From NCBI GenBank assembly GCA_964019335.1, contig OZ025726.1, forward strand, positions 62,001 to 126,000: a stretch of 64,000 nt of DNA, written 5' to 3'. This DNA is from Diplonema japonicum. Taxonomy: Eukaryota > Protista > Euglenozoa: Diplonemea. The stretch's first letter is position 1, and each line of letters begins with the position of its first letter. This document shows, piece after piece, positions 9,801 to 21,134 of the stretch. The translations under genes were made by a program, and so were the position numbers. The notes under the pieces are model-generated. The model saw only the letters and a list, made by a program, of their open reading frames with translations, did not search any database and was not told the DNA's origin.

Positions 9801-10998
9801 AGTTGTTATTCATTTCGATTTGCTCAAACCGTTCAACTGTAAGGCATATCACAGTCACAATACCTTCCGGTGGCCACCCAGATCTTCCCTTCTCGGAGGG
9901 CTTCCAGTGCGAGGGCATCCCTGCTGGTTCCCGTATTGGCTGTTGTCGCATGCAACCTTGAACAAGGTCAGAGCAGCCCTCGGGGGCCACAAGGCAACCA
10001 TCGTGAACGTGATTCACGTGGTGGTCGCTGAGCACCTTTGTGTCAACATCTTCATAGACAGCGCAAGACACCATCGCCTGGCCCCACGCTGACCTGTACG
10101 CGAAGTCAAGTGCCTTGGCCACCGTCCCTCCATAGTAGCACGTGGTGCCTGTCAGCGGGTCGGTTTCTCGATGCATGGTACCCATGTCAATGCCAACCTT
10201 AAAATAGACTGCATGCTGGGTGCAGTGCCACGATGAGAGACAAGTCAGACACCACTGCACGGCCTGCTCGGTGCTGTGGAACGCCCAGAGTGTGGCCTCT
10301 TCGGTGCCTGATACAACAGGGTATCCACAGAAATCGTCGCAGTGGTACTGAAGGGCTGCGTGCACTTCAGAGGTGGCCGTGTGCAGCTTGTCAGGAGGCA
10401 GTGTTACGAGGCCGTCGATGAGGACCACGCAGATGATGGAATGGGACCGAGAAGAGGAGGGGGCGCAGGGGAATTTGTACGGCGCTGTGGTGTAGGCAGT
10501 GACACGGTCGTTGAGGCCTTTGATGACCGCCTTCTGATTGAGCGTCTGGTCTTGCAGGGTGGCAAGGCTAGCACGCAGGGCGCGGACGCTTGGAGTGTCA
10601 AGTTTCCCCGCCAGCTGTTTCTTGAGCTTCCTGTTTTTCTGCGAGAGCTTCGCCATGTCGTCAGCCACCCTATCGCCGAATACTTTTTCCCTTTCAGTAG
10701 GCGGTGCAGACCGCTGCCGTCCCCATTTTTCACGTGCAGTCCTTGCAGTGTTATTCATCTGGTCACGGGTCATGGGCACCTCGGGTGCCTTCCTTTCATG
10801 CCTCTTCTCCTTCACAGATATCTCTGGTGGGTCCACACGTGGCGGTGCCTCTTTCAGAACCTTCATGATCTCGTTGAAGTTGCTCTCAGGTTCGTCAGTT
10901 TTCTTCCGGTGTTTGTGTGCATCAAACCTACTCTTCAAGTACTCCACTTGCGCCTTGGGGCTTATCTTAATCACATCTACATCAACCTCCTCATTCAT
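6895..10998 (-). CDS. Soluble adenylate/guanylate cyclase-like protein with four degenerate class III cyclase domains and coiled coils
   Basis: 1367-aa ORF with four repeats of class III cyclase motifs, e.g. GYECKCVDSSFMAVF..ALQWSLQLQ..FRGLRVCIGLHT..HYFGPEV and LDVQGS..GDANLVLF..GLRLRMGV..GKGVNLAA. No transmembrane segment is evident. Confidence 0.8.
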   Translation of the reverse strand: MNEEVDVDVIKISPKAQVEYLKSRFDAHKHRKKTDEPESNFNEIMKVLKEAPPRVDPPEISVKEKRHERKAPEVPMTRDQMNNTARTAREKWGRQRSAPPTEREKVFGDRVADDMAKLSQKNRKLKKQLAGKLDTPSVRALRASLATLQDQTLNQKAVIKGLNDRVTAYTTAPYKFPCAPSSSRSHSIICVVLIDGLVTLPPDKLHTATSEVHAALQYHCDDFCGYPVVSGTEEATLWAFHSTEQAVQWCLTCLSSWHCTQHAVYFKVGIDMGTMHRETDPLTGTTCYYGGTVAKALDFAYRSAWGQAMVSCAVYEDVDTKVLSDHHVNHVHDGCLVAPEGCSDLVQGCMRQQPIREPAGMPSHWKPSEKGRSGWPPEGIVTVICLTVERFEQIEMNNNLLARRALALCMDEARRVLKEHNGYECKCVDSSFMAVFESHTNALQWSLQLQQTLTYCNWEEELRHHAAAGTIKAGGVVVFRGLRVCIGLHTCITTNTVSCLTGRCHYFGPEVSFAVAGASLAMGGEVLVSEYTTKLLQADGIESCPRAGHPSFVSVRCAVVGPTTVNYYCASNDMLKCRASYLTRSYGKDSSQSEVEKELQDTQRKVRTHENELNAKTAELEALQVRLRAQTTKGVQRQSPEKNNTFNLNPDESCRSIDYDAFIRKQMVLTSLFKVPKGCLHVFVVLDVQGSKYLKETSTAFVTALKIVVDCIVSNCRKYRGVRVGCCGDANLVLFTNVRRAVLWCSAVQLEASKLTWPAEIHTFADSKRDPLHKFNGLRLRMGVDCAQASSTRFITDPSTGRPMAAGKGVNLAALAHQKAVGGEVLCTESVHSHLGSKLDMLLSPFGSLAVHDVSDRRSSFTNAYSTLPKSIALYRITPTELHARTSILEREPLDTDARPSAGLSFQASACVCVRVEGQGALRQYLPYADVDKLFDRISNTIETSAVEHHGVTALRLLDIAAEDERQSRSLWLFTSMQRAVNWAVQLQAAMTEISVPASLANASELRSANGVLSPRLAIGIHTVADLTCHRDFTPLTGGTIYESASYQLPVLLCISARGGEILVLEKVCSDIHEEVSTACVCDIVVDGQQETIMQILCTGSASPSNSENDPICAEKEVLAAVRRSTEACDRHALRIAAAGNNEREQAAKIQEIHGSLCKERDKQFKVSGGVIRCLSEVEKVLMLCEDTQFHSDTGVVDVGHDVLLSNATAWLPLAESDSINWEERAQILEAEMEHYRAALKELKAAHQHVRSFSECLAVYHGHDGVITGDLDFCNKWLRIDKKSSGKSRRPDDFIKHIQKDESNFHPKKALRSIIGHCCSIFILIQSLTEPFKTKRRQSDSMLPLDGAAEYRKYTTRRSTGRLPSLR

Positions 10999-11671
10999 CT
11001 CTGGAGAACGGTACGCTTAGAGATACGAAATTGTTATTCCATAAAGATACGAAAGACCAGAGAGAAAAAGGAGTCAAGGATACGCACAAGGAAGTGGTAT
11101 TTTCTTCTTCATCTACTTTTTTCTTTTTGTTTCCTCGAAGGGCGCCCGTAAAGAAGAAGTAAAAACAAAAAAGAAGAGAAAGAGGGGAAGGGGGGGGGGG
11201 GGGGGGACAATCAACTTTTCTGCTGCATTATTTCTTTTTCGATGGGAGGAGAAAGCGCCTCTTGCCCCCCTTTTTTTTCTTTTTTTTCTTTTTGCTCCTT
11301 CAAAACACCCCCTAAAGCACTTAGAAAGGAAAGTATAAAAAAATGTTGCAGCACACACAAATGTATCCTGTTCCTGCAGAAAATAAAAATGAAAAGATAA
11401 TAATAATAATAATATAAAAAGAAAATAACAGAAAAGAGCCAAAAAAAAATCTATTCATCTTCGTTCTAAAAAAAGAAAAACCCCCTTCCCTAAGGGGAGG
11501 AAGATCGATAAAAAAAAAATCACGTCACTAACTAAATGATGACTTTACAGGCTTTGCAAGCCAAGCCTAAGAACTTCATCGCATCAAAACGCGACATGAA
11601 AAGAAGAACGACTCCTACGGGGAGGGGAGGGGAGGGGGGTCTAAATATCTAAATTGATGGTATGCAGTCCT

Positions 11672-14600
11672 CTAGTGCCTCCTGTCAGATTCATAAGATG
11701 CAGCAGAGTGGGTGCCAACCTTGCTGGTGATGCTCATGGAGTAGGAGCGGGGTGTGAGGTGCGAGGAACGTGTCCCGGCAGAGTTAGTACGTGAATGCGC
11801 ACGGGGAGACCTTCTCGGAGATTTATTTGTCTTTTCATATTGCACGAGCAGCCCTGCTATCTGTTGGATAATCTCCCGCTCCTCCTGTGTGGCGTGCAGT
11901 CGCGCAATTACATGCAAGATGTCCGTCCTCTGCGGCTCCGGCAGCTCCTTGTTCCCAACCCCTAAATGCAATTTCTCCCACTCCGTGAAGTATTTATCCA
12001 TTATCAGTTTCCCCGTCTGTTCGTGCCCCACCATCTCCTCCACTGTGTTCTTTTGCTGTTCGACTACATCCTTCAGCTCCCTGTAATGTCTGCGGTCCAC
12101 CTTAAGCCCCTTGAGTAGCGTCAGACTGATGGCTGCCTTGGTGCGCGTATTCGTGAAGTCCTTGATCAGCTCGTGTGTATCCCTCACCAGCAGATGCCTG
12201 CTGTTGGCAAGGAACGCAATGCTTCGTAGTTTCGACTCGAAGTCTGCCCTCAGCCTTGCATGCGCGGGGGACACGTCGATCTTCGGGAGGTCCAGAGTCT
12301 GCGTCCCCGCACTCTTTTGCGTCATTGATCTGGAGCTGGTGCGGACAGGAACCTCTGCCTCTCTCGCGTTGGTTGGGACGCCTCTTTGTGCTTGTTGCAG
12401 CCTCATGCGCAGAACGCGAACCTCTTCCTCGTGAGCTTCTTGTCTCTGTCGCAGTGCGACGCGTAAGGCTTCAGCTTCCTGTGCTGTTTGCCTGAGTTGC
12501 ATATCAGCGGTAGCGTGCGCCTGCTCAAGTTCAGACCTTGCAATCTTAGTGCTTTCCACGTCACTCAGCAGGGAGGTGACTTCGTCTTTCAGAATCTGTG
12601 CAGTAAAGTGTGGTGGTGGTGGTGTGCGGTTGGTATACCTCGTTGTCCATAGCCAGCTGGTCTGACTCTGATGAGTGTCTTCGCCTTGAATCGAGAATAG
12701 CCTGTAAGGGTGTAAGGGTGTCGGTGCGATGGCCAAGCATACCTGTCTCATGGACTCTTGCTCTTCTTGTCTTGTCTGCTGCAGCTGGGTGCGCTCTTCG
12801 TGTGCAGCACTCAGTGCGCTCTCCAAGTACTGTATTCTCTCCTCGTACTCACGCCGCGCCTCCAGATATTGTCGTTCACGCCTCTGTACCTCATCGCTGC
12901 TTCTCGAGTGCGATGACCTACCCGGGTAGGCCGCTGCCTCTTCCAGCAGCATGCTGAGCCTCTCAGTCTCTGCTTGTTGCTCCTTCGCTTGTTCTTCAAC
13001 ATGTTGCATCGTGTTCTGCGGTAATGATGTTGCCGGATAGAACGCATACCTTCATCTCCTCTGTCGCTGCTGCCAGCGCAGCACTGGATTCTTCCGCAGC
13101 TGCTTCCATTTCGTCTCTTTCCCGTTGCATCTTTTCCAGGTTTCTCTTCAACTTGTTTTCGATGCGTGCGAACTTCTGCAGTGCGTGTGTGCATTGTGGC
13201 TACCTTCACATACCTCGTTCTCGTCCTGTAGTTCCTGCAGGTATCCGTTTTTGAGCGCCTCGCGCTGATCCTGCAGAGCATCCTCTGCATTGATCAAAGC
13301 GTCTTTCGCTTCTGCTAACTCCTCGCGCAGCTTCTTGTTGTCAGTTTCAGAACCCGCTTTACCGTTTGCAAACTGTGCCAGCTGCTGTTCCAAAGAGCTG
13401 ACCACAGATTCGAGAGCAGTGTTTGCCTCGTCTTTCTGCTGCACTTCATCAATCAGGTCCTCCCTGGAGAGTTTGAGCTCGTTCATCTGGGCAAGTAAGT
13501 TCTGCTTCTCAGCAGCTGTCCTTGAGCGCTCGTTTGCATTCTTTGCCTCCAACGTATCAAGTTGAACCTGAAGCTCCCTCTTTTCTGCGGAAAGGTCTTC
13601 GCACATTGTACTGTTTTCGGTCAACTGTTCACGCAGCTCCCTCTCCCCGTCGTTCATGTCCTGTAGCGCATGTTCCAGCTGCTCGATCTTGTTCTTGTGA
13701 GCTTGCAACTCATCTGCCGTGGCTGTGTGCTGCTTCTTTGTTGTCTCAAGCTCCTCCAGCGTATCGGAAAGCGTTTGCGAAGTGGTTAGCAGCTCTTCCT
13801 CTGAGTCCCGTCTCCTCACACTGGAGTCCTTGCTGTCCTTCTTGTACTTATCGAACTGTGCGTTTGTCGTCTCTAGCTCGCTGCGCATCACGTCGTACAT
13901 TTGATTGTCTTCTTCGATCCTGGTGCTCATGTTTCTGATGGTGTCCTCTTGCTGCTTGATCTTTGAGTTTGCATCCTCCAGGCACTCTCGAAGCTCTTGC
14001 TCTTTAGTACGCACGTCTCCTATTTCGGATTTCTGGTCCGACACTTCCTCCTCAGCCCTAGCCAGATCGACTTGGAGTGCCTTCTCCTGCTCTTTCATGT
14101 GCTCGAGCTCCTTCGCTAACTCATCACGTTCGTACGCCGCCTCCCTGTTTGCTTCTTTTGATTGTGCAAGCATTTCCCGTGCGCCTGACAAAGCGGTCTT
14201 CATGCCTTCCTGCCTTTCCTGCATATCTTGTACGGTGTCTTCTGCTTCTTGCAACTGTTCTTTTGTCACGCCGACTTCGTTTTCAGCGTCTTGCATCTTG
14301 GTTCTAAGTTCCTCAAGGTCTTCCTTAGCCGCACTGGCGGCACTCTTCATGTCCTCAATGGTGCTTTCGGCGTCCTTTAGTTTCATGTTTGCCTCGTCAA
14401 GCTCGTCAGTCGTGCTCTTCACCTGCTCCTCGAGGTCGGCTTCCCTCTGTTTCAGATCTTCGATGGTTGTCTGTAGACTTGTGGTTGCGTCGCCCAGTTC
14501 CTTTCGTCTTGTGTTCAGTTCGTCATTCAGGGCATCTTCACCCGACTGCAGCTTGTTGATTGTGTCCTTTGCTTCCTGAAGCTTGCCCACCAGTTCCTCA

Positions 14601-17600
14601 CGGATGCTCTTCAAGTCGGCAATTGTCTTGTCCGTGTTCTTCTTGTAGTCATCAAACACGTCTTCCAGTGCAAGCTTGTCATTCTCGAGGCTCTCGATCA
14701 TGTTATCAGAAGCTTCCTGTTGCGCTTCACATACTTCCTGTGCTTTGCGTAAAGATTGGCTGCCGCCCTTGATCTCCTCATGCAGCCGGAGGACTTCTTC
14801 TTCAGCATCTCGCTTTGCGTTCTGAATTGCCTGCAGTTTGCTACACGTATCCTCTAGCTCTTTTTCCAAGTCGCTTTGGTTTTCCCTGAGCCCCGCGTTG
14901 GTGTCCTCTGAGATCTGTAGTTGGTCTTTCACTGAGCATGCAGCTGCCTCTGCTGATTGCAGCTTCACTGTCACCTCCTCAAGCTGCGCTTTCACTGCTT
15001 TAGCATCTTTCTTTTCATTCTCGATAGTCTCCTCTGCGGCTCGCAACTTGCCGTTGACCTGTTCCAGCGTGTCTCTCATTTGCTTCACGAGATCGGCTTC
15101 CTTTGCTTTCATATCATTGATGCTGTTTCCAGCAGTCTGCAAGCTGCTCTTCGACGTGTTCAGCTCGGTTTGAAGTGCCTCCTCGCTCTCTTGCATCTCT
15201 TCGATAGTATTGCGCGCGTTCCGGAGCTTGTCCTCAAGGTCTTCAATAGCCTGCTCCTTGTCACGTTTGTAGGCGTTAAAGATGCCCTCGTGTGATAGCT
15301 TCGCTTCCGCAAGGCTGTCCTTGAGGCGTCCGATGATTTCATCAGAGGCCCGAGCCTGCTCTTCAAGGTCCTCTTTCAACTGCTTTTCTCCGTCAGTCAA
15401 GTTGGCAATTGCAACCTCGGCCGATTCTTTCGTCTCAACCAACTTGGCGTTCACTTCATCGTTCTCACGCTTCAGGTCTTCTGAGCCAGCCATTGCGTCC
15501 TGCAGCTGAGTGGTCAGTCTGTCGCGCGACTCTGTCAACATATCATTGCTGTCACTCATATTTTGCAGTGTTTCCCTCACACTATCCAACTCAGCCTGTA
15601 GTTCCTTTTCAACTGCTTGAGTCATCCCGACGGTGGCCTCTGCCTCCTGCAGCTGGTTATTCAGTGTACGTATCTCGTTCTGCATGTCCTCAGCGGCACC
15701 CTCCATCGTCTGCTGCTTTGAAAGTCTTTCCTCTAGTTCGTCTGTAAGAGTTTTCACCTGCTCCACGAGATCAGCTTCTCTCTGTTTCAACTCATTGAAT
15801 TCGGTATCTGCAGCCAGCAGATCTGCCCGTGTATCTTCGACTTCCTTCTTGGTATCCTCCAGCTCACCCGTTAGCTGTTCGCGCGTGCCTGCAACTTGTT
15901 CCTCAGACAGCTCAAGTGTACGCAGTGTCCCCTCAAGCTCATATTGCAGGTCGATTTCCTTCTCCCTCAGTTCTTCCACAGTGTCTTCAGCGTCTTGCAT
16001 CTTGGTTCTAAGTTCCTCAAGGTCTTCCTTAGCCGCACTGGCGGCACTCTTCATGTCCTCAATGGTGCTTTCGGCGTCCTTTAGTTTCATGTTTGCCTCG
16101 TCAAGCTCGTCAGTCGTGCTCTTCACCTGCTCCTCGAGGTCGGCTTCCCTCTGTTTCAGATCTTCGATGGTGCACGTGGCTGTATGCAAATCGCCATTCA
16201 ATCCTTCTATCACACTATTTAACTTGTTCTTCAAGAGCTCTTCATTAGCATGCGTGTCCTCAAGCTGCTGCTCTAATCGCTCCCTCAGTTCTTGTACTAC
16301 TTCTTGCAATGTTGCATTCGCCACGCGCAGCTCGTCCCCTTTGCGGTCTGATGCGGACTTCTGCATTTCAAGGTCGTTCTTGAGGTCGGAGATGATGCCT
16401 TGCTGGCCTTCTAGAGTTGACTTCAGCACGCTATTAGCATTAATGAGGGTGCTCTTGGTGGCGCTGGAGGTGGTGTTCGCATTGTCAAGATCATGCTGCA
16501 GACCTCTGATGGCCTCCTGCTGGCTACCGATGGCGTCCTGCGCTTCGAGCAGTTCATCCTCCAGCTCAGCTATCCTCCGCCGCAGGTCTGCGATGATCTT
16601 GTCGTGATCTTCGTTTTGCACCTCTCGCATAGCGCGTCCTTCCTCTTCCGTGTTCTGTACGTCTTTCAGCTCTTCGTCCTTTTCGGCAAGCTGCGAGCGG
16701 CTAAGGTTAAGCTCTTCTTGCTTCTTCGCAAGAGTATTGGCGGCGTTTTCAAACTGCTCCAGCGCCGTTTTGAACTTTGTGTCCAGTGCCGTCTCGCGTG
16801 CGAAGCTCTCCTGCTGCTGGTGCTCCAGGTCAGACACCTGGCTCGTGAGTTGAGCGTTGAGCTCGTGAAGCTTCACAGAGCGTTCCTCCGCCTGCTGCAA
16901 CCTCTGTTGCATGGTATTCAGCATAGCCGCGAAGGTGCTGGGAAGCTCAGTGCCCTCGGGGGTGGGGGAGTACTCCGGGTTCTGCTCCTTGAGGAGTGCC
17001 TCTAAGGCTTGTTTCTGGCGGTACATGTCGGCGAGTCTCGAGTGGCCCTCGGCGTTGGCCTTGTCAGCTTGGGACGCGTCCTCCTTGAGCTGGTCGATGT
17101 TGGCTTCCAGCTCCTCAATACGTGCTTCTTGCTCGATGTTGTCGGTGGTCTTGTCCTTGAGATATCCAAGCTCTTGGAGGTGTCGCTGAGTCTGCTCGTC
17201 GGAGTCCTGCTGCAGTCGGCGAGCACGTTCTAGGGACTCGTCTAGCATGGCATTCTGCTCTTTAACTGTCGCGTACTCCGCACTGAGGGCGGCATAGAGG
17301 CCTTGGAGGTTGTCATAACGCTGTTGGAGGGACATGTTGTCCTCGTTGGGGAGGTCGGCAGGGTCGGCGGGGCTGTAGGAAATGCTGGCACGCGGTGTGC
17401 AGTTGAGGCCAGCCTGACGGGGCTGCTCATGCGGGACAAGGTTCGTGAGGTCGTCTTGAGACTCGTTCTTGATAGAGGGGACAGGGTTGCTCCTCCCAAG
17501 GGCACCGCCCGAACCGTTTCCTCGCACCATACCTCCTTCCTCAGGGACGGGCACACCCTCCCTGCTCATCCACCTTTTCCACACTTCATGTGAATGCTTC

Positions 17601-17737
17601 AAGTGAGGGTTAGGTGCAAACCCATCAACCTCTGGAACCGGTGGTGGTAGTGCTACCACCATGGCAGTCTCTGCAGGAACTACCTGAGTGTCTTCATCTT
17701 TCGGAGGCTTGGCTGTGTCCTTCTTTTTAGCCAACAT
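11672..17737 (-). CDS. Large coiled-coil protein (5 exons)
   Basis: ORFs 13148..17737 and 11672..13009 join in frame through four GT-AG introns: 13176-13213 (38 nt), 13016-13049 (34), 12702-12742 (41) and 12596-12638 (43). Splicing restores continuous heptad-rich sequence (..ENE|KFARIENKLKRNLEKMQRE..EEMK|NTMQH..). Confidence 0.85.
14282..14467. repeat. Internal 186-nt duplication in the coiled-coil gene, copy 1
   Basis: Identical by eye to 15986-16171; encodes TIEDLKQREADLEEQVKSTTDELDEANMKLKDAESTIEDMKSAASAAKEDLEELRTKMQDAE. Confidence 0.9.
15986..16171. repeat. Internal 186-nt duplication in the coiled-coil gene, copy 2
   Basis: Identical by eye to 14282-14467. Confidence 0.9.
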
Positions 17738-19032
17738 TTCGACCTTTTTTTGTGTGAAGATATGCTAATAAGCTGAAAACAATTTCAAGGGAAGGGGTGG
17801 GAGAGGGGGGGAGGACTTTGAGAAAAAAAAAGAGAAAAAAAGTAAAACAATATGAAGGAAAAACGTGACCATAATGGGAAAAGTAGAGGGGGGGAAATAA
17901 AAATAAATAAATAACGTGAACAAGGGACTGGGATAAGGGGTAGGGGTGCAATGGGAAAAAAAAGTAAAAAAGCCAATAAGAGGTAAATCAAAGTTGGCTG
18001 TAAACAACCCCTCCTTGTTAGCTTTTCCTCTTGAATCTCTATCAGCACCATAAATTGGACCTCATTTTGTCGCGATTCGCTGGCCCGTAAGTATTTTCGT
18101 TTTTTTTTTTTAAATCTTGCTTTCTCCGTTTTATTTTCATTCTTTTTTTTTCTTTTCTTTTTTTTTCTCCTCCTTTCGAAAAAACACCACAAAAAAAAAA
18201 GAACTTTAAAAAAAAAGGGGGAGGGGGCAGAAAAAAAATAGAAGAGAAAGGTAATTGGGATAAAATAAATAGGGGAACCATAATAAAAAAGATTTTTTTT
18301 TGTTCCCCCTATTCTAAAAGATAGGCCCGGCCTCCATCGCTCTGGCTGGTTCATATGTGCTGCCCCAAAGTTGGGAAATAAGAAGGGGAGGGCAGTTAAG
18401 GCAAGGGGGAAGTTGTGTGGGGTGCAAACAAAAACTTGAATTCAAAGAAAAAGAGAGAAAAAAAATGAGAAAAAAAAAAGAAGAAGAAAAAAAAAAAAAA
18501 CACTTGCTGCTAGTTTCTCATTCCGGTTACTGGCCATTGCTACCCCTTTCTTCTCTCCCCTAATCCGACTCTCTATGTTTTTCTCTTCCTTCTTTTTATC
18601 TTCTTTTTATTTTAACCCCCTAGCAGGGCGCATAAGCCCTGCGCCACTAAAAAAGAATAAACAAGAAATCCAACAAAGGAGCAGCAAGGTTGGGCAACAC
18701 CCAGAATCGGGATAAAAAGGAAACTTTCTGCGCAAGGGCATTAAGGAAAGCAAAAAAAAAAAAAGGCAAAAAATGTTGATATCAATATAAAAAAAAAGTA
18801 AAAAAATAAAAAATAATAATAAGAGAGCGTTGTTTTGTTTTTTTTTTTTTCCCCTGAGGGAAGTAGTACTTTTGTTACTTTTTTTTTTTTCTCTCCTTGT
18901 TTTCTTCAAATTTATTTTTTTTCTTCTTTCTTCGATCAGGGGGAGTGGACACAAATGAAAAAAACAAAAACAAAACAAAAAAAAAAACAAAAAAAAATTC
19001 ATTCTACAAAAAGCGTCTGTGGTAATCACAGT

Positions 19033-19629
19033 CTACTCCATGAAAGGAGGGAACTTGATGGGCTCCACGCTTATCTCGGGCTTGGGGTTTCCGAAGAAGT
19101 CCCAAGACTCCTTGCCACCGATGATGTGCGCGGCCCTCAGTTCCTGGCACAAGGCGCAGGCACCGCAGCTGTGATTTGTCGTTAGTTTAAAACACTCAAT
19201 CCACACACCAGTAGGAGATCAGACAGTCACCCACGAAACCGTCCTTGGGACCACCACCCTGGACACCAGCCTTCTTACGGATGGCGTACCTCATGGAGCA
19301 CCCAACACAGGCACCGCAGAAGGTAGCGGGCAAGCAGTGGTTCACAATAGCACAGGGCTGGTCAACAGACCATGCGAACATCTGTTTAGGTTTTTTTAGG
19401 TTTTTAGGTCTTTTTTTTTGTTTTTTATTTTGTTTTTCTTTTCTCGTACCTTGCACTGGTTGAAGCACCCACAGCACCACCAGGTGGCACAGCAGTACGG
19501 GTCGCAGCACGGGGCCACTACCCAGCACTCCCAGCACTTGCCACCGTTGCCACCCCAGTCGAGCTGGCCGTCCATGACACCGCCACCACCGTCACCACCA
19601 CCCTTACCGTCCATCTGGTTGTAAGTCAT
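19033..19629 (-). CDS. PLAC8-family Cys-rich protein, tandem copy A (3 exons)
   Basis: Introns 19382-19449 (68 nt, A-rich) and 19169-19208 (40 nt, with CTAAC). Spliced product CCDPYCCATWWCCGC..RYAIRKKAGVQGG..GDCLISYCCGACALCQELR has the PLAC8 motifs and aligns with the intronless paralog at 24200-24682. Confidence 0.85.
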
Positions 19630-20184
19630 TTTTTTTAAGTTTTTTTTTCTTCTTGTGTCTCTGCAATATGACGTTAAGCTAAGCAAGGAGAATATCAGGG
19701 GGCGGAAGGTCATGGAGGGGGGAAGCAATGGTTGATACATCAAAAAAAGAGTCTAAGGTGTCCAAGTGTATGCATCACATGCACGTGACAAGCCACAGTC
19801 ACGCTCGGGGCACCTGGGCTAGCAATGATGCACTGTCCGAGCTACAAGTCCCTCCCGGACTGAAGGAAGGACATAGACGCTTCCTCAGTCTGGGCAGCTG
19901 GCCACTTCCTCACACGCATCGAGTACAGTCCCATGACGCTGCTCACAAGGAAACACAGAACTAGGAGCATGGGGCGGGAGGGGGGAAAACAAAAACAAAA
20001 AAAAAAAGAGAAAATAAAAAAAAAAAGAGGGTTGGGACTACGAGCAGACGAGGAAGATCAAAAGGGACCATTCTCCTGTTGAAAGGAAGTTTGCATTTTA
20101 CCCACCTTTCACCCCCCCCCTTGCTTCGTCAAAAGAGGAAGACCTGAGAAGGGGGAAAAAAAGAAGGCAAAAATAATTTGTTTT

Positions 20185-20234
<50 letters not shown>

Positions 20235-20462
20235 CGCGTAAGTAATTTGTGTGTGGGGTGAGGGGCAAATAAAGGAGACAACGAGGGGAAGAAAAAACAA
20301 AAAAGCAAAATGTAAACGTTAGCACCAGTGGGGAAGAGCAGCTTGATGTAGTACGCCCAAAGGCAGCCATGGTAATAGCAGCTACAAGCCACCACCGTGC
20401 AGGAGAGAGGGTAAGGGCACCTGGGCCTGATAGGCGCAAGGGTGTACTGTGGTAATCACAGT

Positions 20463-21059
20463 CTACTCCATGAAAGGAGGGAACTTGATGGGCTCCACGC
20501 TTATCTCGGGCTTGGGGTTTCCGAAGAAGTCCCAAGACTCCTTGCCACCGATGATGTGCGCGGCCCTCAGTTCCTGGCACAAGGCGCAGGCACCGCAGCT
20601 GTGATTTGTCGTTAGTTTAAAACACTCAATCCACACACCAGTAGGAGATCAGACAGTCACCCACGAAACCGTCCTTGGGACCACCACCCTGGACACCAGC
20701 CTTCTTACGGATGGCGTACCTCATGGAGCACCCAACACAGGCACCGCAGAAGGTAGCGGGCAAGCAGTGGTTCACAATAGCACAGGGCTGGTCAACAGAC
20801 CATGCGAACATCTGTTTAGGTTTTTTTAGGTTTTTAGGTCTTTTTTTTTGTTTTTTATTTTGTTTTTCTTTTCTCGTACCTTGCACTGGTTGAAGCACCC
20901 ACAGCACCACCAGGTGGCACAGCAGTACGGGTCGCAGCACGGGGCCACTACCCAGCACTCCCAGCACTTGCCACCGTTGCCACCCCAGTCGAGCTGGCCG
21001 TCCATGACACCGCCACCACCGTCACCACCACCCTTACCGTCCATCTGGTTGTAAGACAT
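20463..21059 (-). CDS. PLAC8-family Cys-rich protein, tandem copy B (3 exons)
   Basis: Near-identical duplicate of 19033-19629 at offset +1430. Introns 20812-20879 and 20599-20638. Differs at codon 2 (T vs S). Confidence 0.85.
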
Positions 21060-21134
21060 TTTGATAAACAAGAGAGCCTGTGGTGTAATTGGCTGTGCGT
21101 CCAAGCAAAATAATATTTCGTTTGTCGACCAAGG

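Noticed and set aside
19820-19893. Possible C/D snoRNA or hairpin RNA (ATGATGC...CTGA plus a stem-loop)
   Set aside because: Imperfect C box, short spacing and opposite to the transcribed strand; not enough support.
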